This document shows positions 28,080 through 37,151 of a DNA stretch of 46,832 nt, in pieces. Under the pieces are notes generated by a model. It was not told the DNA's origin. It did not search any database and saw nothing but the letters and a program-made list of their open reading frames with translations. Source of the DNA: a virus (Duplodnaviria > Caudoviricetes); the IMG/VR virus record IMGVR_UViG_3300020045_007640, positions 1-46,832 of that record. The stretch is one strand, 5' to 3'. Position 1 is the stretch's first letter; each line of letters starts with the position of its first letter. A program made the translations under genes and the position numbers.

Positions 28080-28114
28080 AGTACAAATATATGAATTTTA
28101 TTTTAAATATTTAA

Positions 28115-29362
28115 TTAATCGGTATCGGTTTCTTTTTTGGGTTTGTCAAATTCATCATTAAGTATTGCATTTTGCTTTTGTAAGTTTTCGTTTAATATCT
28201 TTAGTCTTTTGTTTTCATTTTCAATTTGCAGAATATATTTAGTGGTTAATTCTGGTATAAATTCTATTGGTGCGTTTGTCTGCTTAGTGCTTAATTCTTT
28301 TATCTCTCTTTCTAAATCTGCAATTCTAATATCTCTATAAGTTATATAACTACCAAGTGAATTGTTGCGTTGGGTCAGTTCTTTTATCTCATTGCTCTGG
28401 TCATTGACTATTTTTTCATAGTCGGCAATTTGTTCTTTGTACCTGTCAATTTCTAAGATAAGATTCGTTTTTACCTGTTGCTCTATGGTAGATGGTTGTG
28501 CTTGTAGTTCTGCAATTTGTTTCTTTAATTCTTCGTTTTCTTTAATCAATCGTGTGTTGCATTCTGTAAGTCTACTTATTTCTATTTGCATCTTCATGGT
28601 TTGCGTTCTTAGTTCTTTATCTAATTGCGATTCATTTTCTTTCCATTTAAGAAGCGGTGCGTCCTTCCATCCTTTGCCCGCTGTTGTTGGATCATCGTTT
28701 TTAAATACTATTTTTCGTGGATCACATTCTATTGTTCCGTTTTCAAGTTTTGGCAACTTTCGTAACTCTATCTCTTTTGATTTTAAGTCAATCATTTTGT
28801 TTATTGTTTCACTAATTACTTTTAGTGCTTCTAATGATTCTTTGTTTATTGGTTTTGGCTTTTCTTTTGGCGCATTCACTACATACCTTTTAAATTGTTC
28901 GGTTGTTAGTTCCCGATAGCCTTCACTTTTGATTTCTTGATAATCACCACGTTTAAATGATGTGCTGCCATTTATTTTATTTGAATGAATATATCCGCTA
29001 TCACATTGATAATTACTTGATTCTTCTTCCAACCTATTCTCATTACACCACTTATTAACCATTTCGTAGTTTTCAGGTGTTCGCAAAATACACCACTTTT
29101 CAGGTAGTGTAAATCTTTCTTTTTGGTAGTAGTCTTTGAATTTTATTCGTTTTGGTGCAATCCTGTTAAAATGTTCTAAGGTTGATACCCTAAACAGTCC
29201 CATCTCGTAATTTAATAATTCCCATTCTGTGTGTTGGACAAATTGATCACGACTTGCCCATCCTTTACCAATGCTAAACAAATGCTCCTGCAGAGCTTTA
29301 CTTTGCTTCGGATTGACTTTTATTTTAAATATTTCCGGTAGTTGTTTGATGTTTTTGTACAT
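28115..29362 (-). CDS. Mosaic protein: LPEKWC-type domains plus long coiled coil
   Basis: LPEKWCI...ELTTEQFKRYV; heptad-rich C-terminal half. Confidence 0.7.
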   Translation of the reverse strand: MYKNIKQLPEIFKIKVNPKQSKALQEHLFSIGKGWASRDQFVQHTEWELLNYEMGLFRVSTLEHFNRIAPKRIKFKDYYQKERFTLPEKWCILRTPENYEMVNKWCNENRLEEESSNYQCDSGYIHSNKINGSTSFKRGDYQEIKSEGYRELTTEQFKRYVVNAPKEKPKPINKESLEALKVISETINKMIDLKSKEIELRKLPKLENGTIECDPRKIVFKNDDPTTAGKGWKDAPLLKWKENESQLDKELRTQTMKMQIEISRLTECNTRLIKENEELKKQIAELQAQPSTIEQQVKTNLILEIDRYKEQIADYEKIVNDQSNEIKELTQRNNSLGSYITYRDIRIADLEREIKELSTKQTNAPIEFIPELTTKYILQIENENKRLKILNENLQKQNAILNDEFDKPKKETDTD

Positions 29363-29374
29363 TTTGGTTTGTTT

Positions 29375-29635
29375 TTAATATTCTTTAATTCTAATATAAT
29401 TCCAATAGTGCCCTTCAAAATGAACTCCATCCATTGAAACTTCAATATACTCGTTTGGTTTTAATTTGTACATTTGTTTTGATTCTATTGGTTGTAGTTT
29501 ACCTGTTATTTCTTCGTGCCGAATGTCTGCAAATTCGTTTATGTAGTCAAGTTTCTTTAATTGCAAAAAGCCTGTGAAAATTATATAGCACAACGTCGTA
29601 ATGCAAACTATTAATATTAATGATTTCTTTGTCAT
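29375..29635 (-). CDS. Hypothetical protein with N-terminal TM
   Basis: ORF track. Confidence 0.6.
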   Translation of the reverse strand: MTKKSLILIVCITTLCYIIFTGFLQLKKLDYINEFADIRHEEITGKLQPIESKQMYKLKPNEYIEVSMDGVHFEGHYWNYIRIKEY

Positions 29636-29919
29636 GATTGTGTTTGTTTAGATTTGAAGAGAAACAAAAAGCATCCTTTGAATACTAAAAACGTACATTC
29701 TGCCTTTGATAACCATCCTGCCATGTATTCGCTGGTCTTTTTTAAATAAAATTTATAATTATATTGCATTGTTTCAAAGTCAGCTTTATTTTTATAAAAT
29801 TCTATTGTTGCATGTTGGTGTCTCGCCCTGAAATAGAAATAATAGTTTAGAAAATACCCTTCGGCTTGTACCGGACAATTCCCGCTCGGTTTATATATCC
29901 ATTTGAAAAATCTTTTCAT
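29632..29919 (-). CDS. Hypothetical phage protein
   Basis: GNCPVQAEG...FYFRAR motif. Confidence 0.65.
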   Translation of the reverse strand: MKRFFKWIYKPSGNCPVQAEGYFLNYYFYFRARHQHATIEFYKNKADFETMQYNYKFYLKKTSEYMAGWLSKAECTFLVFKGCFLFLFKSKQTQS

Positions 29920-29928
29920 TCTTTGTTT

Positions 29929-30162
29929 TTAATGTGAGTTAATGTAATGGTTTTGATCTGGAGTTAAATCTATCTTATTAAGACTTATTTCTATTTTATG
30001 GTCCGAATACTTACCATAGAAATAATTAACGCCAAATGCTGTACTGATTTCAAAGCCTGACCTCTTGTTATAAACCTTTTCAATAATATCAGTTTCAAAG
30101 TTGTTTTCAGGTGTTAATGTAATTGCTGTTTGTCCGTTTTCTATTATTACTTTTGCTTTCAT
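29929..30162 (-). CDS. Hypothetical protein
   Basis: Coupled ORF. Confidence 0.6.
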   Translation of the reverse strand: MKAKVIIENGQTAITLTPENNFETDIIEKVYNKRSGFEISTAFGVNYFYGKYSDHKIEISLNKIDLTPDQNHYINSH

Positions 30163-30359
30163 TTTTGTTTAGGTAACGTTGTTAATTGCTGTGCAATCCA
30201 TTCTATTTTGTTTTGAACGTCAAGCGATAAATAAACCCTTAATGATAAATCTTTCTTCATTCCGTACATCATTGTTTTCTTAACCAATTCGTATCTTTCG
30301 TTTGTGAATAGGTCTAATTGGCTTTTGTCCTTTAATTCTTTTATGACTTCTTTTTTCAT
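30159..30359 (-). CDS. Hypothetical protein
   Basis: Coupled ORF; QLDLF resembles a beta-clamp binding motif. Confidence 0.6.
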   Translation of the reverse strand: MKKEVIKELKDKSQLDLFTNERYELVKKTMMYGMKKDLSLRVYLSLDVQNKIEWIAQQLTTLPKQK

Positions 30360-30757
30360 CAGAACGGAAGCGAATCATCTTCATTTAGCGGCGATGGCTG
30401 TCCGAATTTAGAGCCGGCATCATAATGGTTTTCAGGTTGTTGATCTGTCATCTTGGTAAACCTTTGAGCAACTTTTACAGTTTGCGCCAAAACATAACTC
30501 ACATATCCTTTTGTACCGTCTTTTTTATCGTAACTTTCGTTTACCATTTTGCCGGTTATGAAAACTTCCTGACCTTTACTCAGTGGAAGATCCGCTATCC
30601 ATCCCCAACCTTTGACATTATGCCAGATGGTTGTTTCTTTTTGGTCTTTGTCTTTGTCTGTAGTTGCAACTGAAAAGTTAATTACTTTTTTGCCTGAATC
30701 CAGGGTTCTTGTTTCGGGTTCTTTGCCGATGTTGCCTATTAGGTATGAAATGTTCAT
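30359..30757 (-). CDS. ssb: Single-stranded DNA-binding protein
   Basis: LIGNIGKEPE, FSVATT, WHNV, acidic DDSLPF tail. Confidence 0.95.
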   Translation of the reverse strand: MNISYLIGNIGKEPETRTLDSGKKVINFSVATTDKDKDQKETTIWHNVKGWGWIADLPLSKGQEVFITGKMVNESYDKKDGTKGYVSYVLAQTVKVAQRFTKMTDQQPENHYDAGSKFGQPSPLNEDDSLPF

Positions 30758-30774
30758 TGTGTTGGTTTAATTGT

Positions 30775-30948
30775 TTATTTATCTATTTCTTTAATTAATT
30801 TAAGCAATCCTGTTTTTGTTCCGTCGTCGTTTCTCCAATTTAAAAATAATTGTGCTTTCTCAGGTGTTGTAATGTCAATGTCGGCAATTAGTTTATGCCA
30901 TTCTTTCAGGTTTTTAAATCCTAATTCTTTTACCCATTTTTCTATCAT
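30775..30948 (-). CDS. Small hypothetical protein, 57 aa (MIEKWVKELGF...)
   Basis: Manually translated. Confidence 0.6.
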   Translation of the reverse strand: MIEKWVKELGFKNLKEWHKLIADIDITTPEKAQLFLNWRNDDGTKTGLLKLIKEIDK

Positions 30949-30971
30949 TTTGTTTGGTTTAATTAGTGAAA

Positions 30972-31280
30972 TTATTTAATGTGGTTTACAACTCCGTTTT
31001 CTTTTGGTTTGCCCCATTTACGGTTTTTGTTAATAACCATCTTTTCATCAATACATTTGCAAATATCTTCATAGGTTAATCCGTATTGATCTGCGGCTCC
31101 AAACAATAAAATAAAACAGTCTGCAAATTCTGACTTCGCACTTTCCTTATTACCTAATATCAATTCATTATTTAGTTCAGTAAGTTCCTCATTCAGGTGC
31201 GCTAATTTACTCATGGTCGTTGCTTCTCCAAATGTTGCTCTTTGCCATTTACTAATGTCTTCAAATTGTTCTTTTGTCAT
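30972..31280 (-). CDS. dATP/dGTP pyrophosphohydrolase (MazG-like, DUF550)
   Basis: WQRATFG, HLNEELTE, EFADCFIL, KMVINKNRKW. Confidence 0.85.
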   Translation of the reverse strand: MTKEQFEDISKWQRATFGEATTMSKLAHLNEELTELNNELILGNKESAKSEFADCFILLFGAADQYGLTYEDICKCIDEKMVINKNRKWGKPKENGVVNHIK

Positions 31281-31840
31281 TTTATTGTTTTTAAAATTTC
31301 TAAAACCTGATTGTCATATTCCTTTTTCATCCAAATCAATTCAAATGTACTGTATTTTTTCGTTTGCTTTGACCTTTGAACTAACTTTTCAACTTCTTCA
31401 GCCCCGTATCTTGCAATCATGTACGCTGTGTATTCAGCACTTATAATAGGGTTATCCATGTCGGCATTTTTATGTCCTGCCTGTGGATGGACGTTCATAC
31501 TTTCAAAACAAGTACTAAGATTTTTGCCCGGAATCCAATGCCCTCCCTGAGCCTTAGTCCAATGTCGATATTCCCCATTGACACATAAACAAATGCCGTT
31601 CTGATCCATTTCCTGCAATCTGCGGAGTTTTTGAAATGATGCCTTTGCTTCTCTTAATGCTTTTGACCAACTTCTTGGTGATTGTTTTCTTATTGGTTTG
31701 TTTCGCTTTGAAACTTTGTTTAAAATGACCTTACACTTATCGCATATTCCATTTAAAAAATTCCCTTTCTTGGTACATCCGTTAACTCTGCATTTGGGTA
31801 GGTCGGGTTTTACTCTTATTGGCTTTAGGTCAGACTTCAT
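31277..31840 (-). CDS. ninG: NinG/Rap-like recombination endonuclease
   Basis: GGHWIP, NVHPQ, RYGAEEVEKL motifs. Confidence 0.75.
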   Translation of the reverse strand: MKSDLKPIRVKPDLPKCRVNGCTKKGNFLNGICDKCKVILNKVSKRNKPIRKQSPRSWSKALREAKASFQKLRRLQEMDQNGICLCVNGEYRHWTKAQGGHWIPGKNLSTCFESMNVHPQAGHKNADMDNPIISAEYTAYMIARYGAEEVEKLVQRSKQTKKYSTFELIWMKKEYDNQVLEILKTIK

Positions 31841-32181
31841 TTTAATAGTTCCGGATTTTCGTAAATATTTCCGATTACGGTAAAAGACCTATCAGATATA
31901 TGATAACTGCTTGTCCCATAATTAAAACCATACCCGCAATCGCTATCAATCCAATTAACCACAAATGGAATATCAAAAGGATTAGCGTGTTGCATAATAT
32001 CACCTTCATAAATCTCTTTACCGTTTTTGTCTTTAAGTCCTGTAAATTGCATTATATCATCTTCAAAAATCCAAGACTTTCCGCTTTCATCACTCCACTC
32101 AGATTGTGAATTACAAACAGAAATGTCGTAAATCATTTTATTTAACTTTTCATGCCATGCCCTAAATTTTATATCTCTCAT
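31837..32181 (-). CDS. YopX family protein
   Basis: IKFRAW, MQFTGLKDKNGKEIYEGDI, VIGNIYENPELL. Confidence 0.95.
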   Translation of the reverse strand: MRDIKFRAWHEKLNKMIYDISVCNSQSEWSDESGKSWIFEDDIMQFTGLKDKNGKEIYEGDIMQHANPFDIPFVVNWIDSDCGYGFNYGTSSYHISDRSFTVIGNIYENPELLK

Positions 32182-32182
32182 T

Positions 32183-32365
32183 TTAATTAAGGTTTAATAT
32201 AAAATGCCACTCACGCTCTTTATTCTTTTCATTGACGTAAAAACAAGTAACCTGAACTTGGTTTGGTTGTTCTATGTCTGTTACTATGAATACGTCGTCT
32301 ATTTCCATTGTTTCAAATTTGTCATTCATTCTAATGTTTTTATGATTTTTAAAAGAAGTGAGCAT
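32183..32365 (-). CDS. Small hypothetical protein
   Basis: ORF track. Confidence 0.5.
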   Translation of the reverse strand: MLTSFKNHKNIRMNDKFETMEIDDVFIVTDIEQPNQVQVTCFYVNEKNKEREWHFILNLN

Positions 32366-32406
32366 TTACTTTTAAACACCCACTTCATGAACTGTGATTT
32401 ACAAAT

Positions 32407-32622
32407 TTATTTATTTTCTAATTCTTTAATTCGTTCCTGCAATCTGTGTATCATAACTCGCACAAGTTTTTCATCATATACCATTGTACATTTGTTTGAG
32501 TTATTGTACAACCATCTAACTTGCCTTATTTGTGATTTTAATATTGGTTCAAAGTTAAGTTCTGACAACATCTTGTCAATATTCTTTGTACTTAATCTCG
32601 TAACTGACTTGACTTTTTTCAT
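32407..32622 (-). CDS. Hypothetical protein
   Basis: ATGA-coupled ORF. Confidence 0.55.
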   Translation of the reverse strand: MKKVKSVTRLSTKNIDKMLSELNFEPILKSQIRQVRWLYNNSNKCTMVYDEKLVRVMIHRLQERIKELENK

Positions 32623-32966
32623 TCCAACGCCTTATTTATTTTGTTTTTCATTCCTATCAACAAGTTTTCCAAATTGCTTTCTGGTCTGTTAAAGTCCTTT
32701 GGTGTGTCAAAATGGTCTGCAATATAGGTAAGTGATTCGTAAAAGTTTTGGACTAAGTACTTATTGATTTCTGCTTTTAAATCACCAATATAATCATTTG
32801 CGGATACTTCAACAATCATATTGTGTTCTGCACTGAATACCTGAGCAAAAAAGCAATTTCGCTTATCGCTTTTGAATATCGAAATTCCGTAATAGGTTTC
32901 AACTTTTGAATAGTCTACCTGTTGGCTGTCTTCTTGTCTGGTGTCGTGGTCTGTGTGTGTTCCCAT
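32619..32966 (-). CDS. Hypothetical protein (start likely 32966, MGTHTD...)
   Basis: A-rich leader with ATCATCAAAAA just before this ATG. Confidence 0.6.
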   Translation of the reverse strand: MGTHTDHDTRQEDSQQVDYSKVETYYGISIFKSDKRNCFFAQVFSAEHNMIVEVSANDYIGDLKAEINKYLVQNFYESLTYIADHFDTPKDFNRPESNLENLLIGMKNKINKALE

Positions 32967-32998
32967 TTTTTGTTTGTTTTTTGATGATGAAATATAAT

Positions 32999-33397
32999 TT
33001 ATAAAGGTTGTGCCACAATCCAAAATCCACCGTAATATCCGTTGTGCTCATTGTGGTTTGAAATTTGAAACACGCCTTTGTCGGTTTTGATGTCTAAAAA
33101 CTGTATTTCGTGGTCTTCGTATTCTGTGTTTTCATTTGTTACGTCTTTTAATTCAAAATCTAAAAGAACGGCATCTTCATATTCTGTTAAATCATCTGAT
33201 GTGTTCATATATCTGTTTTCACAACAAGATTGACCATCGTCAAATATTTTCATTCCAGATCCGTCTGTAAAAGTAAATAGTAATTCATTTTCAATAATAC
33301 ATACTCTTTTGATTGTTTTCTTAAGCGACCCTTTTAGTGTGTTTACGGTTTCCGCATTCCCACCAAGTGACTGTATCATAACTCCTACTCCTAACAT
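32999..33397 (-). CDS. Conserved phage protein (DUF7448-like)
   Basis: QSCCE, IKTDKG, NGYYGG motifs. Confidence 0.7.
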   Translation of the reverse strand: MLGVGVMIQSLGGNAETVNTLKGSLKKTIKRVCIIENELLFTFTDGSGMKIFDDGQSCCENRYMNTSDDLTEYEDAVLLDFELKDVTNENTEYEDHEIQFLDIKTDKGVFQISNHNEHNGYYGGFWIVAQPL

Positions 33398-33406
33398 GTT
33401 TTATTA

Positions 33407-33472
33407 TTTTTGATGATGATTAAATAGAATACAAATATAATCATTTATTTTATATCCTGTACTTTTTATTAA
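33407..33472 (-). promoter_or_regulatory. Promoter TATATTTG with TACAGGATAT box and ATCATCAAAAA leader
   Basis: Same layout as 705-768. Confidence 0.7.
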
Positions 33473-33486
33473 GATTTTTTTATAAT

Positions 33487-33933
33487 TTATTTAGTTTTGT
33501 TTAAATTTAGTTCTTTCCCACTAAGCGCAAAACTCAAATTCTGCAAGTGGTGTACATAGTGTATGCAAAAATCTGTACTATTATAGCCACCAAAAAATTT
33601 TACACTTACTTCATAAGTCCCTTCAACTATTTTAATTAAAATATAATCAAAGTAGTAATATGGCATGTGTTCTTTCTTTTTTGCCCCAAAATCTAAAAGC
33701 CATTGTTCGGTAATTGGTATGGGTTGTATAAATTCTACATATTGACCAAATGTATCTTTATATTTATTTTCAAGTAAATATCCTGAAATTGTTTGACCTG
33801 ATTCAAAGTGCTTTGTTGACTGTTCTGTTTTTATTTCGGTCACTACTAAAATCTTGCCTGTGTCATCAGGTCTGTATTTTGGATTGTTTATTGTTACATA
33901 ATTTCCGATCATTAATTCTTTTGCGTTTATCAT
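33487..33933 (-). CDS. Conserved Bacteroidota phage protein
   Basis: ELMIGNYV, PIPITEQWLLDFG, YVHHLQNL motifs. Confidence 0.75.
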   Translation of the reverse strand: MINAKELMIGNYVTINNPKYRPDDTGKILVVTEIKTEQSTKHFESGQTISGYLLENKYKDTFGQYVEFIQPIPITEQWLLDFGAKKKEHMPYYYFDYILIKIVEGTYEVSVKFFGGYNSTDFCIHYVHHLQNLSFALSGKELNLNKTK

Positions 33934-33967
33934 TGGTCTTCTTTTTTGGTTAGTGAATTGTTAGGGT

Positions 33968-34294
33968 TCATCCTTTTGTTTTATAAACATTATCAATAAT
34001 AAATCTACAATGGTTATGGTTTATGAATTGAAGTTCGGTAACGTTTGTCTTTTTCGCTTTTAATTGTGCGAAATACGCCTTTGAGTATTGTTCACATTCG
34101 TACTTAAACCTATCCAAACAATAACCTTTTAATCTGTAAAATTCTTTTGCTTTGTCCATATCTATGTGTCCGGTCTTTGCCGATTGCAATAACTCAAAAA
34201 GTCTTTGGGTTTTTGCTTTTTTATCTGTTGGTGTTTTAAAATGGGACTTCATCGTTTTTGTTTGCGGACATTCCGCCCTGTGAATTAAAATCAT
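33968..34294 (-). CDS. Hypothetical protein (start may be internal MKSHF)
   Basis: ORF track. Confidence 0.55.
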   Translation of the reverse strand: MILIHRAECPQTKTMKSHFKTPTDKKAKTQRLFELLQSAKTGHIDMDKAKEFYRLKGYCLDRFKYECEQYSKAYFAQLKAKKTNVTELQFINHNHCRFIIDNVYKTKG

Positions 34295-36113
34295 GTAAAC
34301 CTAAACTAAAATCTTTATCATCCGGTGTTGGGGTTTTTGTTTTGAATGGAGCGTCATCAAAATCAAACTGTTTTGTATTTCCGTTGTACTGAAAAAATAT
34401 ATCGCCACGTTTCCCAACTATGTTTTGACGTTTTATTTTTCGGGTAATCATCTTACAACCGTTGCGGCTGTCTGTGTCTTCGCTGTTAAACTCCGGTCTA
34501 TGAAATACTACAATGTTATCCATTTTATTATTCCACATTGCGCCACCCGCCAAATCATAAACATCTGGTTCCGGATAATTGCCTGTTGTGTTTTTCTGCA
34601 TCTGTTTTGGGTGTGCAACGATAAAAAAGAAAACATTATTTATGTTTGCGAAGTTCTTACAATCGCTTAAAAACGTTGTCAGATAACGATCATCCCGGCT
34701 TCCTTTGTAGTCGTTTTCCAACTGATTGAAAGGGTCAATTATGCACCCGTCGCATTTTTCTTTTATAATCAGTTCTAAAAATATTGACTGAATGTATTGT
34801 GGTGTCGGGCTTGTTTCTTTTGGAAAGACGTAAAAAAAGTGTTCAGATACAAAATTATAAACCAATTCGTAATCTGCTTCTGTTGGTTGATTGTGGTTAA
34901 TTGTTCCGTCGTAATTGTACGGTGTGCAGTTAGTTCCTATAATCACTTCAACTAATGAGTGATAAAACTCATGTGCCGGGAAACTTTCAGGACTGAAAAC
35001 CGCCCATTTGCTTTTGTCTTTTAAACTCTTGCACAAAAGTAAATAATTAAGAAACGCACTTTTGCCATAATTGCCAATTCCGGTTATGCAAGTTATTTCA
35101 CCCCTTTTGGGTTTCCATATTGAATCTACTAAATTAATCCCCCAATGTTCAGCACTCTCATAACCACGCCTGTAAATGTTCAATGAATCTGATTTTACGT
35201 CCTTTCCATAAATTACGTCTTTTACTGATTCGCATAAATCTATTGTTACTTCCTGTAATGTTTGTTTTTCAATTAGTTTGCCGTTGTCAAATTTTGCGCT
35301 GCCTTGTACGTTTTTTTTGTATGCTGAATTAATAGTGGTTCGCATTTCAGAAACTGTAAAGTCCGTATCTTTTGACAAATAATTATAACTTATCAGGTGT
35401 TCGGCTGTGATATTGTCAATTCCAAAACGGCAACATGCACCTGCTAAATTGAAGATAAAATTATTTCTGTTGCCCGACTGAAAGACTTCATTTTTATTTT
35501 CAAGCCATTTGCATAATTTATCAAAGTCGCTTTGTACGTCTGTTTTAAATTCTATTCTTTCATTAAATGTTATTTTTTCGGTCTTTAAAATCTTCGTATA
35601 AGCGACGCAATTCCAATTTATGAGTATAGCCTTGTCTGAACAGTCGAAACACGCTCTTGATACGTCTTTGGTACTCCTGTCGGCATCTGTGAACTCTTTA
35701 AGAAGCGATAAATAATGATCTAAGTGTTTTGTTGTGTCTAAAATCTTAATAATTGCTTTTACGCCATCTCCGGAAGGACTGACAAAAGCTGCCAAAACAA
35801 AATGGTTTTTCATTAACTCTTTTTTCTTTTCGGCAACGTCAATTTTTACCTTATCAAAATCTAAAATTATAAACCCCGAATGACTTATTAAATTTTCTGC
35901 TTTGCGTTCCCCTGCAAATGTTCCTGAAAAACAAATAATTGGCAAAGTCTTTTTAACGTCGTTTTTTTCGCTGTGATTTTCAATAGATCTTATTTTCTGA
36001 ATGGTATCAATAGTCTTTTCGTTTTTTATACGATCAAATACTTTTTCCAAAGTTACCGTATAAGGGTCTTTAGAAAATATAGACTTGTACATTGTGACTT
36101 TGATGTCTTTCAT
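34236..36113 (-). CDS. Primase (BT4734/VirE-N-like plus PriCT) fused to SF4 helicase
   Basis: ILDFD, SPSGDGVK, GNRNN; Walker A GIGNYGKS, IIDPFN, VAHP. Confidence 0.85.
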   Translation of the reverse strand: MKDIKVTMYKSIFSKDPYTVTLEKVFDRIKNEKTIDTIQKIRSIENHSEKNDVKKTLPIICFSGTFAGERKAENLISHSGFIILDFDKVKIDVAEKKKELMKNHFVLAAFVSPSGDGVKAIIKILDTTKHLDHYLSLLKEFTDADRSTKDVSRACFDCSDKAILINWNCVAYTKILKTEKITFNERIEFKTDVQSDFDKLCKWLENKNEVFQSGNRNNFIFNLAGACCRFGIDNITAEHLISYNYLSKDTDFTVSEMRTTINSAYKKNVQGSAKFDNGKLIEKQTLQEVTIDLCESVKDVIYGKDVKSDSLNIYRRGYESAEHWGINLVDSIWKPKRGEITCITGIGNYGKSAFLNYLLLCKSLKDKSKWAVFSPESFPAHEFYHSLVEVIIGTNCTPYNYDGTINHNQPTEADYELVYNFVSEHFFYVFPKETSPTPQYIQSIFLELIIKEKCDGCIIDPFNQLENDYKGSRDDRYLTTFLSDCKNFANINNVFFFIVAHPKQMQKNTTGNYPEPDVYDLAGGAMWNNKMDNIVVFHRPEFNSEDTDSRNGCKMITRKIKRQNIVGKRGDIFFQYNGNTKQFDFDDAPFKTKTPTPDDKDFSLGLHDFNSQGGMSANKNDEVPF

Positions 36114-36724
36114 TATGCAGGTATCTGGACTTGTTTTTTAAGTGAATGATTGTACGCCCATTTATAACCTGGCTTTAATTCCGGATCTTTGGCAACTTGT
36201 AATGTTTCAAAATATTGCATCGTATTTGAAAGTTTTGATTTCCAATTTTTAATCTTGTTTCCTTTTCCATCAATCCATCCGTTATTTACCCATGCGTCAT
36301 ATTTGTATCTGACTTGATCTGTGTTTATTTTTTCATTCAACTTGATAGCATGTAAAAGAAAATCATCAATAGTGGGTATATTGTTATTGTTATTTTCATT
36401 GTTATTTACATTATCATTATTATTTACATTTACATTTACATTGTTATTAGCTTTCGTTTTGCTTCGCTTTTGCTTCGCTTTTGCTTCTGCTTCGCTTTCG
36501 TTTTGCATCAATTTAGGTTGACTTCCGTTCTTAAATCGCTTATTATTTGCATCTAATTGTGGCTTAATTAGTTTGAAAATTGTCTTAGCAATTCCTGTCA
36601 TTTCGGTTTCTTTGAAGTTTAAGGAATACTCACAAATTGCCTTAAAAACCTGTGCCTGTGAATCATTGTCTAAGTCGCAAATAGCTTCATAAAAACTCCT
36701 GTAAAGTATAAATGAATCTCTCAT
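36113..36724 (-). CDS. Replication initiator (DUF6291-like N-terminus)
   Basis: RDSFILYRSF...IKPQLD; Asn-rich linker; NGW...IKNWKS C-terminus. Confidence 0.8.
   Translation of the reverse strand: MRDSFILYRSFYEAICDLDNDSQAQVFKAICEYSLNFKETEMTGIAKTIFKLIKPQLDANNKRFKNGSQPKLMQNESEAEAKAKQKRSKTKANNNVNVNVNNNDNVNNNENNNNNIPTIDDFLLHAIKLNEKINTDQVRYKYDAWVNNGWIDGKGNKIKNWKSKLSNTMQYFETLQVAKDPELKPGYKWAYNHSLKKQVQIPA
36380..36506. repeat. Iteron-like GCTTCGCTTT repeats plus AT-rich tract, putative origin
   Basis: Three GCTTCGCTTT copies flanked by TTTCGTTTTGC, adjacent to TTTACA/TTATTG repeats inside the initiator gene. Confidence 0.6.
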
Positions 36725-37026
36725 AATTTCTCTAATTTACTTTGTAAAGAAATTAAATCTATTCCTTTTTTAAGGACATAAAAAGCCATTAAAGCGGTTA
36801 TTTTTTTTAATTCAGCATGTGCAAAATCATGACATTTACAACAAAGCGTTACTAACATTTCGTTGTCATGATCTTGTGGGAGTGTTCCCTTTTTGTACTG
36901 AAGATGATGAAGGTGTAACTCTTTTTCAGTTTCACCGCAACATTGGCACGTGAAGTTATCTCTCTGAAATACTTCAAGTCTTTTGCGTTGCCACAAAGGA
37001 TGTTTTAAAAGTTCTGTGTAGAGCAT
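36721..37026 (-). CDS. HNH endonuclease
   Basis: WQRKR..RDNFTCQCCG, LHLHH, LVTLCCKCH. Confidence 0.9.
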   Translation of the reverse strand: MLYTELLKHPLWQRKRLEVFQRDNFTCQCCGETEKELHLHHLQYKKGTLPQDHDNEMLVTLCCKCHDFAHAELKKITALMAFYVLKKGIDLISLQSKLEKL

Positions 37027-37146
37027 AAAATAAAAAAGGGGCTATCAGTGCCAGATTACCGATGCCCCCGTATATTGGTTACTTAATTTCACCACGTTGA
37101 TTTTTATGGCTCTGGCTACTATAAAAATCAATTGCACACAAAGATA
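37027..37146 (-). promoter_or_regulatory. Promoter TATCTTTG plus two-hairpin leader with complementary loops
   Basis: 11-bp stem with GCCAGA loop; terminator-like stem with AA-TCTGGC loop. Confidence 0.65.
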
Positions 37147-37151
37147 CATAT

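Noticed and set aside
28058-28114. Plus-strand 18-aa peptide MNSYITTKYKYMNFILNI
   Set aside because: No plus-strand promoter seen; promoter and terminator polarity favour a minus-strand RNA, though it is not excluded
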